Position numbers and translations under genes: made by a program
In this document: positions 49,223 to 56,868 of the stretch, piece after piece
Layout: each line of letters begins with the position of its first letter
Position numbering within the stretch: the stretch's first letter is position 1
From: Patescibacteria group bacterium
GTDB taxonomy: Bacteria > Patescibacteriota > Patescibacteriia > UM-FILTER-42-10
Assembly: GCA_041666485.1 (NCBI GenBank)
Contig: JBAYGW010000002.1
Coordinates: 7,711-71,710, forward strand
Length of the DNA stretch: 64,000 nt
Direction of reading: 5' to 3'
The notes under the pieces: generated by a model
What the model was told of the DNA's origin: nothing
The model's input: the letters and a program-made list of their open reading frames with translations, nothing else
The model's database searches: none

Positions 49223-50817
49223 AGCTTTTTGATTATCCCTCTTTCCGCATCAACCGATATCTTATCGCCATCTTTCAACAGTTTATCACAATCTGCTACA
49301 CCGACCACGCATGGTATTTTCATTTCTCTGGCTACAATCGCAGTGTGACAGGTCAGCCCGCCGGCTCCGCCAATCAACGCTGATGCCTTTTTCATGGCCG
49401 GCACTAAATTCGGGTTGGTGTTATGAGCAACCATAATATCGCCCTGCTTCATTTTTTTTATATCTTCTGGTATGTTAACTATTTTTACAATTCCTTTGAC
49501 TTTACCGGGATAAGCACAGGTCCCGGAAAGCTGTTTTTTGGCATAATTTGGCTTTTTCAGATTAATAGATTGCATAAACTGTACCGCCTGTTCTCCTGTC
49601 ATGACTTTATTTGCAAATCCCGTTTTTCCTTTTCGTTGCCAGTAATCAACAGCTTTCTTTAGCCTTTCATTCAGAATATGTGGATCAACCTTACCACCTC
49701 TCAGTACAGTAATTATTTCACGTGATTTTAAAGCCTGAACTTGACTTACCGATAGTCCAAATCTCTTTCCTACTTCTTTAAAAATATTTTCATAATAATA
49801 CATCGCATTGTACAGCGCATCTTTACGGAAACTCTTGATATAGACCATTTGCCGAGCCATTTTTAAGATATTTTTTTCATGCTTTGAAAATCCCATCTCA
49901 CTGGTAAGCCTTTTCTGCTCTTTGAATAAATCATTTCTATCATTTTTCTTTTGATTTAACATCGCTTGCGGATCTTTTCTTTCACGCAAAAATGCCTGCC
50001 AACGAACTAAATAATCTCCCAGAGGATAAGCTGGACCTTTGTATTGATAGGTAATCGGACTAAATTTATAATAATGCTGATTGATACTTCGCTGAATTTG
50101 TGGATCAATTCCTGATAAATTATTTATCAGGCTTTTCAAACTAGACTGGACAAAAACCTCCCTTAGCTTTCTTTTTTTACTAATCATTAATGCAATTTTT
50201 AGAAAGCTTGTTTCCTCCTGATCAAGCAAGCTGCGTTTAACCGGCGAAGTAAGGATGGAAAAAATCCTTGATGCGCTTTCTTGTATTTTTGCTTTGTTTA
50301 ATTGTTTTTGCACTATTTTCAAGATTGCCTTGGTCAACAGTTGTTCTCCGGCATCCACATGCCAACTTACGCTAGTTGCATATCCATGACTTTGCATGTG
50401 AACTTTGCGAATTTCTGCCATGAGTTCAGCAATTTGCAGATTGCTCATTTTTGATAGATTCATTCTTTTCACTCGGTTCATTATTCTGAAGAATTCTTGA
50501 TTTGCCTCCTCAACTTTTTTCATAATTCCCAAGGCCCATTCTGGTTTTTTTATCGCCTTATCTGCTAGATATCTGCACTGTGTATTAAATTCTTTTTGCA
50601 CATAAATCATTTGGGAGAATTCACCGTCAAAATATGTGAAATATTCTTTTTCAAAATTACCTGCCCCCTGTTTTGGATATACAGAAAAAAACGCCTCAGC
50701 CGGAATTTCCATCATAAAGATAGTGTTCTGGGGGATGCCCTCAACCGCTTCCCATATTTTTTTGCTGGTTGTATTAGGTTTTATTCTTTTCTTTTTCATA
50801 TTATTTGGTGCCCCCAT
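49219..50817 (-). CDS. Phosphohistidine swivel-domain (PEP-utilizers) protein, paralog 6.
   Basis: C-terminus GTCAYPGKVKGIVKIVNIPEDIKKMKQGDIMVAHNTNPNLVPAMKKASALIGGAGGLTCHTAIVAREMKIPCVVGV. The track ORF (to 50931) runs into the tRNA-Arg gene. I chose the internal ATG at about 50817 (MGAPNNMKKK...). An alternative start is the ATG at 50799. Confidence 0.7.
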   Translation of the reverse strand: MGAPNNMKKKRIKPNTTSKKIWEAVEGIPQNTIFMMEIPAEAFFSVYPKQGAGNFEKEYFTYFDGEFSQMIYVQKEFNTQCRYLADKAIKKPEWALGIMKKVEEANQEFFRIMNRVKRMNLSKMSNLQIAELMAEIRKVHMQSHGYATSVSWHVDAGEQLLTKAILKIVQKQLNKAKIQESASRIFSILTSPVKRSLLDQEETSFLKIALMISKKRKLREVFVQSSLKSLINNLSGIDPQIQRSINQHYYKFSPITYQYKGPAYPLGDYLVRWQAFLRERKDPQAMLNQKKNDRNDLFKEQKRLTSEMGFSKHEKNILKMARQMVYIKSFRKDALYNAMYYYENIFKEVGKRFGLSVSQVQALKSREIITVLRGGKVDPHILNERLKKAVDYWQRKGKTGFANKVMTGEQAVQFMQSINLKKPNYAKKQLSGTCAYPGKVKGIVKIVNIPEDIKKMKQGDIMVAHNTNPNLVPAMKKASALIGGAGGLTCHTAIVAREMKIPCVVGVADCDKLLKDGDKISVDAERGIIKKL

Positions 50818-50880
50818 GAGGAATCCCCGCCAGAGGCGGGTGCGCCTCGGGCGCAGAACCTTTAACTTAATACTCCAGAT

Positions 50881-50957
50881 TGGTGTGCCCGACAGGACTT
50901 GAACCTGTGGCCTTGAGATCCGGAATCTCACGCTCTATCCAACTGAGCTACGGGCAC
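50881..50957 (-). tRNA. tRNA-Arg (anticodon CCG).
   Basis: The reverse complement folds as GTGCCCG/CGGGCAC acceptor, GCTC-AGTTGGATA-GAGC, anticodon stem TGAGA/TCTCA with loop TTCCGGA, T-arm ACAGG-TTCAAGT-CCTGT, discriminator A, and CCA. Confidence 0.8.
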
Positions 50958-50962
50958 ATGAC

Positions 50963-51682
50963 TTAAATTTTATAAAAACTTTGATCAAAAGTTAAGTTTC
51001 TCTCTTTTGCCGCCAATTCTTTGAATCGTTTCCAGTTGGCGGGGACTTTTTGCCAGGCTAATGGATCCTTGAGTTGTTCAATAATCAAATCCCCTAATTT
51101 TTTACTGATAAATTTATTATCAGCCGCATATTTCATCATTTCCGGCCAGGTAAAAAGAGCGATGAATTTATATTTTTTATTTTCCCTGAGCCAACGTTGC
51201 GGTTTACGGTATTTTGGTCCATAAAATGCATCCATAATCACGATGATGCCTTTAACCTTCAAACCAGCCGCTGTTAATGTTTTAATAATTTCTTTTTTAT
51301 CCCCGCCTGTTGACATCGCATCATCAATAACCACCACGCTTTGGCCTTTCCGATACATACCTTCAATTACATTCCTAGTATTGTACCCTTTTGGCTTCTT
51401 CCTTAGATACAGGAAATCTTTTTTCAAAATACTGGCCACTGCTACACCGTAAGGCACCCCCGCCGCTTCTCGGCTGGCAATCAGATCCGACTTCACACTT
51501 CTTGCTGATTTTGCCAGTTCTTGGGTCAGTATACTAAAGACCTTATTCCGGGAGAAGGCCTTGCGGTGGTCTGGATATAAGGGAAAATGTCCGATACGCG
51601 GACTAATAAAGTTCCCTGCCATAAAATATCCTTTGAATAACAATGCTTTCGCTGCCCGCTTATTCATATTATATTCTGACAT
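50963..51682 (-). CDS. Type I phosphoribosyltransferase-domain protein, paralog 3.
   Basis: VVVIDDAMSTGGDK. Tail PLAWQKVPANWKRFKELAAK. Confidence 0.65.
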   Translation of the reverse strand: MSEYNMNKRAAKALLFKGYFMAGNFISPRIGHFPLYPDHRKAFSRNKVFSILTQELAKSARSVKSDLIASREAAGVPYGVAVASILKKDFLYLRKKPKGYNTRNVIEGMYRKGQSVVVIDDAMSTGGDKKEIIKTLTAAGLKVKGIIVIMDAFYGPKYRKPQRWLRENKKYKFIALFTWPEMMKYAADNKFISKKLGDLIIEQLKDPLAWQKVPANWKRFKELAAKERNLTFDQSFYKI

Positions 51683-51737
51683 TGAATCTTATAAATTTAT
51701 TTCATCCAGAGAATATTCAGAAGACCGCCAGTAGTAT

Positions 51738-52445
51738 TTACTTTCCTGAGTCAGTGAAACCCTCCGATTTTGCCAGTGATACAAACTCATTCCACTTTTT
51801 ATTATCCTTTTGCCATACCTTCAAATTTTTCCAGATATCATACATATAATCGCCCAGCTTTTTTGAAATATAGCCGTTCTTAACCATATACTTCACCAAG
51901 TCATTATGTTTCACAAATGAATGTATTTTAATTTTATTTTTGGCATAAAACGGAATATATTCCACCCCGGCATCATAAAGCACCAACACATCGCTTACAA
52001 CCAGACCTTTTCTCTGCAGTGTCTTGATAAAACGTTCCTTTGTACTGCCGGTACCGATCCCGTCATCTACCACTAATACATTTTCACCCTTCCTGTATAA
52101 TCCTTCCAATAAAGTTACTGTTGAGCCGTCCTTTTTTGTTTTCTGCCTGAGATAAATAAACGGTTTATGGGATGCTAGCGATACAGCCATGGCCAGCGGA
52201 GTACCGGAAACCATGGTGCCGGCCACTAAATCAATCTTTTTTCCTTTCATAAAGTCGGCGATTTCTTCTGATACCACTTTCATTTTATCCGGATGGGAAT
52301 AGAGCCGTTTACTGGTAATATAGATCGGCGACGGCTCGCCAAGTGATCCATAAAATTTACCAAAGACAAAAAAACCGAAATCACTGAGTAGCTTGGCGAT
52401 ACGTTTATTCATACGGACAATAATTATTAGAGTATTAGATAGCAA
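51738..52445 (-). CDS. Type I phosphoribosyltransferase-domain protein, paralog 4.
   Basis: VLVVDDGIGTGSTK. Tail LKVWQKDNKKWNEFVSLAKS. Confidence 0.65.
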   Translation of the reverse strand: MLSNTLIIIVRMNKRIAKLLSDFGFFVFGKFYGSLGEPSPIYITSKRLYSHPDKMKVVSEEIADFMKGKKIDLVAGTMVSGTPLAMAVSLASHKPFIYLRQKTKKDGSTVTLLEGLYRKGENVLVVDDGIGTGSTKERFIKTLQRKGLVVSDVLVLYDAGVEYIPFYAKNKIKIHSFVKHNDLVKYMVKNGYISKKLGDYMYDIWKNLKVWQKDNKKWNEFVSLAKSEGFTDSGK

Positions 52446-52483
52446 CTACTATCATAATGGATTTTCTGCTTTTTGAAAACCCT

Positions 52484-53218
52484 TCATTTCCTCATATCAT
52501 CCACTGCATTAATTACTGACTGCGGAATCTGACATTTTAATTTATTCAAGACCTCAAAATAAACATCCCATTTTGATACATCCTTCTGCCAGACTTCCGG
52601 ATGCAGGGCATAATCCATAAAATGCGGATAGATTTCCTTATCAATTTTTCCCCGTCTGTATAAACCATCAATTAGTTCTTCCCAGGTAAAAAGATTATAA
52701 ATGGGTATACCACTAACTTCTAAATTTTCTCTTGCTTCGTTTTTAGTAAAATATTCTGCCATAGTTTTAAAGATCATGGCCAGAGCAACAGTTACCACGC
52801 CGTCATGCTTCATATTTTCAACAAACAATGTTTTAGCTTCCCCCTTAGCCATCAGATCATCTACCAGAATCGCCCGGTCGCCCGGTCTGGCCCGTCCGGA
52901 AATGTAAGTATCCTCGCCTCGGCCACGCTGCTTTTTCCGAACGTAACTGAAAGGAATCCTAGTTTTATAGGATAAAAGCGTTGCTAATGGCATGCCGGCC
53001 GTTTCTGCTCCTACAATCAAATCAATTCCGTGCCAGTCAACCAGCTTAAGCAGTTCATCGGTAACTAAATCCATAAGCTCCGGATTGGAGAACGCTTTTC
53101 GATTATCCGTCTGTAACGGAATCGGCCCGACTGAAACGACTACCGGATATTCACCAACCAGATTAGGCGTGGCCGCATATAAATCAAAAATTTTTTCTTT
53201 AGTTTCTTGGTTAATCAT
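52484..53218 (-). CDS. Type I phosphoribosyltransferase-domain protein, paralog 5.
   Basis: AILVDDLMAKGEAK. Tail PEVWQKDVSKWDVYFEVLNK. Confidence 0.6.
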   Translation of the reverse strand: MINQETKEKIFDLYAATPNLVGEYPVVVSVGPIPLQTDNRKAFSNPELMDLVTDELLKLVDWHGIDLIVGAETAGMPLATLLSYKTRIPFSYVRKKQRGRGEDTYISGRARPGDRAILVDDLMAKGEAKTLFVENMKHDGVVTVALAMIFKTMAEYFTKNEARENLEVSGIPIYNLFTWEELIDGLYRRGKIDKEIYPHFMDYALHPEVWQKDVSKWDVYFEVLNKLKCQIPQSVINAVDDMRK

Positions 53219-53328
53219 GGTTATTCTAATTACTTTTCCTTGTTTTATTTTAGCATGAAATCTATTATTTTGTACTGGTTAATAATTAACTGACGAAATT
53301 GATTCCCATACTAAGTACTGTCGCAGGA

Positions 53329-53357
53329 GTTGACAAAAGCGAGAAATAGGTGTATAA
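53329..53357 (+). promoter_or_regulatory. Perfect consensus sigma70 promoter (TTGACA-N17-TATAAT) driving high-GC cassette 2.
   Basis: TTGACA at 53329-53334, a 17-nt spacer, then TATAAT at 53352-53357. Confidence 0.6.
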
Positions 53358-53522
53358 TTGTCTGTTAAAATTTATTCTCTTTTGGAGAGAATGCGGGCAC
53401 TCTCTTGCAAGTGAAAAATTCATTTTCAGCAGAGTGCCTACTTTACTGGCACATTGACATAAAACACAACCAGTCCAGAAATTCTGGCTGGTTTAGAATC
53501 ACCACTGTCATGGAGGTAACCA
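53358..53522 (+). promoter_or_regulatory. Structured ~165-nt 5' leader of cassette 2, possibly a cis-regulatory RNA.
   Basis: Nested inverted repeats TTCTC-ttttg-GAGAA, GGCACTCT...AGAGTGCC (8-bp stem) and CCAG-tCCAGAAatTTCTGG-CTGG, then the SD GGAGGT placed 6 nt before the ATG. Confidence 0.4.
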
Positions 53523-54125
53523 ATGACGAAGCGAGTATTCGTCCAGGGTGATCGTGATCCTGGCGTAGATCTCTCCGCATGCGCGCTGAAGACTGCTCAG
53601 CTCCTCAAGCAGAGTGGCTGGGAAGCGAACGTCGGCGCGTACGGCGGACTGGTTCGGATCTTTGAGGAGTCTGGCATGCGCTGCCATGCGCATGTTATGG
53701 CACCTCGCGGCAGGGAAGTTCAGTTCAGCGACTGCATCGTGTCGGTCACGGACTGTAACCAACTCGTGCGGTCTCTCCCGGCGAATATCCGCTGGGGAGG
53801 CGAAGCCGACCAGATTCTCACTTGGGGGCTCCGTCTCAGCGTCTGGATGGCCCATTCCGATGCCTTCATTTTCTTCGCCGGCCGGGAAGGCACGATGGCC
53901 CATCTCGTGCCGATCCTGGCCTGGAACCGCAAAGTTCTGGCCAAGGAAGGCCGGGCCAAGAAGGTCGTCCTGATCGGATGGGACAAGCTGCAGCGGGATG
54001 CACTCTACACCTTGGGATTGATCACAATCCCGGAAGGTGATTGGGCCTCCGATGACGCGGAATGGTTCCGCACATACTCAATGTACAACGTTGAGGGAGC
54101 CGTCAACTTCCTCACCGAGGAGTGA
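53523..54125 (+). CDS. Divergent LOG/SLOG-family (Lonely-guy, TIGR00730-like Rossmann fold) protein. High-GC and foreign. 200 aa.
   Basis: HSDAFIFFAGREGTMAHLVPILAW aligns with the LOG signature [24 protein letters not shown], and AYGGLVRIF is in the position of GGGxxGLMG. The catalytic Glu of the PGGxGTxEE motif is replaced (MAH). GC3-rich codons. Confidence 0.55.
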   Translation: MTKRVFVQGDRDPGVDLSACALKTAQLLKQSGWEANVGAYGGLVRIFEESGMRCHAHVMAPRGREVQFSDCIVSVTDCNQLVRSLPANIRWGGEADQILTWGLRLSVWMAHSDAFIFFAGREGTMAHLVPILAWNRKVLAKEGRAKKVVLIGWDKLQRDALYTLGLITIPEGDWASDDAEWFRTYSMYNVEGAVNFLTEE

Positions 54126-54131
54126 CAACAC

Positions 54132-54263
54132 ATGGACTTCATCAAGCCTCTCCTGCTGGTGGTGTCACTAGTGTGTTTGCTGACTGCGGCGAAGGACCAT
54201 CGTGGTGATGGACCGCTCGCCAAAATCGGCACCCTGCTCCTTATCGTTGGCGCTATGGCGTAA
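54132..54263 (+). CDS. 43-aa hydrophobic membrane peptide, translationally coupled to the LOG-like gene.
   Basis: MDFIKPLLLVVSLVCLLTAAKDHRGDGPLAKIGTLLLIVGAMA. The ATG lies 6 nt after the upstream stop. High GC. Too short to appear in the ORF track. Confidence 0.4.
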   Translation: MDFIKPLLLVVSLVCLLTAAKDHRGDGPLAKIGTLLLIVGAMA

Positions 54264-54285
54264 GCCTGGGGCGCCCTCACCCTTT

Positions 54286-54338
54286 CCCCCGCGTGTCGTA
54301 CTGATTAGTTTCGGTACGATGCGCGGGGTGTTTATTTT
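54286..54338. terminator. Rho-independent terminator ending cassette 2. It overlaps the 3' end of the convergent APH-like gene.
   Basis: CCCCGCGTGTCGTAC...GTACGATGCGCGGGG is a long imperfect stem, followed by TGTTTATTTT. Confidence 0.55.
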
Positions 54339-55378
54339 GTCAAAATATCTGTATACCAATCAGCCGTTTTGTTTTCACTTCTGGTTATTAAAGCCAATCC
54401 GGTTTCTCTGATTTTTGCCTCCAATCGTGGCTGATTCTTATAATATGACCCGGACCGACCATCAGTTCTGGAAACCATATATACCCCGGTCCAGACAGTG
54501 ATTCGCCTAATAATCCCCTCAATCTCTTGAGCAGAAATGCCGAAGGATCTCATTGTTTCAATGTATGCTTTGTTAAAATATTTAATGAAATATCGGCAAT
54601 CTCTGACAACCTGCTCATTGCCTTCTAATAACTTGATTACCCAATGTGCTAGAAATATGCCATTATCAAAAGCCGGATCATGATGTATGGCAAAATCAAA
54701 ATCTAACACCGAAAAATTGTATTTACTGACAAAGATATTTCTATGCACAGGATCGCCCCAAATGAAGGCCTTTTTGGCTTTATCAGATTGGTTGGTGAAT
54801 TTACTGATTACTTCCTTGGCCACAAGTTTTTTAGCACCAAACATAACCCAATCCCGCCATATGCCATGAATTCTTTTTTGCCAATCAGCACCATCAAATG
54901 CAAGCGGTGTATTATAGGTTTTTCCATGCAGTGTGCCAAAAAAAATGCCAAATTTTTCTGCTAGCTGAGGATACACTTTATGTTTATCAAATTCTTCAAC
55001 CAAGATCTTCTTTTTTCCTTGTATATCATCCATCACCAAAATATAATTTTGAAGATCAATATATAAGACCATTGGTACAATTTCTTTGCCGAGTAATGAT
55101 TCTAATAACCTCAGTTTTTCACCTTCAATTATTACTCTTTCCGGATCTACGCGAATTCTCCTGTTTCTCTTAACATACCCGTCAGACTGTTTCAAATACA
55201 AAATCTTTTTACCCCGACTGGTAAGACAGTTCACCCGATAGACAAAACAGGCATTGGTATATTTTGTTACCTCCTCTACGCTAGTTACTTTTTTTAATTC
55301 AAAAGAAAATTCTTTCGCTGCTTGAGTGAGCAAATATTCAGCAATGTTTCCTTCAGTTAGAAAAAATCTTTTTCCCAT
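54332..55378 (-). CDS. Protein-kinase-like fold phosphotransferase (APH, choline-kinase or MTR-kinase family).
   Basis: WGDPVHRNIF aligns with the HGD...N catalytic loop, and VLDFDFAIHHD with the DFG/DFE metal-binding motif. Overall ~350 aa, typical of the APH family. Confidence 0.5.
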   Translation of the reverse strand: MGKRFFLTEGNIAEYLLTQAAKEFSFELKKVTSVEEVTKYTNACFVYRVNCLTSRGKKILYLKQSDGYVKRNRRIRVDPERVIIEGEKLRLLESLLGKEIVPMVLYIDLQNYILVMDDIQGKKKILVEEFDKHKVYPQLAEKFGIFFGTLHGKTYNTPLAFDGADWQKRIHGIWRDWVMFGAKKLVAKEVISKFTNQSDKAKKAFIWGDPVHRNIFVSKYNFSVLDFDFAIHHDPAFDNGIFLAHWVIKLLEGNEQVVRDCRYFIKYFNKAYIETMRSFGISAQEIEGIIRRITVWTGVYMVSRTDGRSGSYYKNQPRLEAKIRETGLALITRSENKTADWYTDILTK

Positions 55379-55422
55379 GATATTTTCATCTTAGCGCTTG
55401 CCCGACCGCTTGTAAACCCAAG

Positions 55423-55446
55423 AAAAAACAGCCTGCTAGGGCTGTC
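55423..55446 (-). terminator. Rho-independent terminator for the minus-strand gene ending at 55489.
   Basis: On the minus strand: ACAGCCCTAGCAGGCTGT hairpin followed by TTTTTTC. Confidence 0.55.
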
Positions 55447-55488
55447 TCTAAAATAAGGGGGTAAACTCTCCGCCTACTTTTATTGATT

Positions 55489-56838
55489 TTAAACTGGTTC
55501 CGGTATAGATAATTTCACACCGTTATCTTCAACGTCCTGCCACACGTATTTTCCGCTGACCAAATCGCCATACACCATCCCCTGCACGGAAGTCTCACCT
55601 TTCTCCACTAACATATTTTCCAGCTGTATGCCGAAACGGGCGGATTCCGGGTCGCTCAGATTCATTTTTTCTTTGAAAATATTTTGTAGAAAAGCGCTGA
55701 GATACGGAGCGGTAAATCCGTTGCGTTGAAAATCGGCCATAACTTCCGGTTTATATTTTTTCTGCAGTAGAGCTTTGGTAAAGAAACTGATTCTTTCATT
55801 CAACTTTAGCTCTTCAATCAAATCCCCCTTCTCCGCTATAAACCGCAGGGCCGCGACCGCTTTATATTTATCTTTCTGGTCAACTGCTGACATGAATATT
55901 TCAACAATTGCACTTAAATTACCATTATTCAACTGCTCCAGGCCGGTTTCTGCATCATGAATCATAATTCTTTCCCCTTCGGAACCGAGGAATTCTTCAA
56001 TCAGTTTTTCACGCTGTTTTTCCGGATCAATATTCTCTGCAGGAATTGGTTTCACTGAAGTAACCACCTCTTCTTCAACCATATGCCCGGTAGTCGGCGT
56101 ATAAAGCGGGGTCGGAAAGCGCAGATAATCATAAACGCGGATGACTTTCAGTATCAGATTTTTTTCCGCCGGAGCGAGATTACGTACATTTTTACCCTGG
56201 TTGATATAGCTCACTTCTTCCACAGGCGAATGCAAGCTGGATGAATTAAAAAACGCTTCAAAATCAACCAGCCAATTACCTACTGTCGGCTCTTTCGTCT
56301 GCTTCGGACCGTCATCTAAGTTATAAGCACCACCGATCGGCATTTTACCGATTTTTTCCTTGTTCTCCCTGATACTCTGAATCAATCGCTGACGTAAGAC
56401 CACCAGTAAATCAAATGGAAACCCTTTAAACACCATCATATTGTAAAACAGCTCTTCAACCGGTAATTCCCAAAGAAACGCTTTAACCAAAAAATTTCTT
56501 AATAGCCAGGTGATTTCCAGTTCGCCGCGGACAGGCATAGTTCGGAACATACCATAAACCACCAAGTCCTGGTATTTCAGATATAATTTCGGATCCTGTT
56601 CCTGAAAACCTTTGATCAAATTCTGCAGAACAAAAATCATTTCCGATGAATCACCCAGTTCCATGCCGAATTGCGGATCTATAAAAGTTATAAAAAGCCG
56701 TTCATATATCTTCTCATTTTTCAGATCTTCAGCGGATATTTTGCGGATGGAGTCCGGGGTAAACAAAACAATTCGTTCCTGAACGATTTTATTCACTATA
56801 TCTTCGCGTAATGGAATTGAATTTAAATCCATGATCAA
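55489..56838 (-). CDS. Hypothetical protein (449 aa).
   Basis: Complete ORF with its own downstream terminator. No motif I recognise. Confidence 0.5.
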   Translation of the reverse strand: MIMDLNSIPLREDIVNKIVQERIVLFTPDSIRKISAEDLKNEKIYERLFITFIDPQFGMELGDSSEMIFVLQNLIKGFQEQDPKLYLKYQDLVVYGMFRTMPVRGELEITWLLRNFLVKAFLWELPVEELFYNMMVFKGFPFDLLVVLRQRLIQSIRENKEKIGKMPIGGAYNLDDGPKQTKEPTVGNWLVDFEAFFNSSSLHSPVEEVSYINQGKNVRNLAPAEKNLILKVIRVYDYLRFPTPLYTPTTGHMVEEEVVTSVKPIPAENIDPEKQREKLIEEFLGSEGERIMIHDAETGLEQLNNGNLSAIVEIFMSAVDQKDKYKAVAALRFIAEKGDLIEELKLNERISFFTKALLQKKYKPEVMADFQRNGFTAPYLSAFLQNIFKEKMNLSDPESARFGIQLENMLVEKGETSVQGMVYGDLVSGKYVWQDVEDNGVKLSIPEPV

Positions 56839-56868
56839 TTTGATATTAAATAACTGAAAATAAGATTA

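Noticed and set aside
50818-50931. N-terminal 38 codons of the 570-aa track ORF (dikinase-like paralog 6).
   Set aside because: They overlap the tRNA-Arg(CCG) gene on the same strand. The internal ATG at about 50817 gives a protein that matches the other paralogs.
53508-54040. Minus-strand and alternative-frame ORFs (53508-53903, 53614-53973, 53720-53986, 53822-54040) in cassette 2.
   Set aside because: Same reasoning: they are overlapping shadow ORFs of the GC3-rich plus-strand LOG-like gene.
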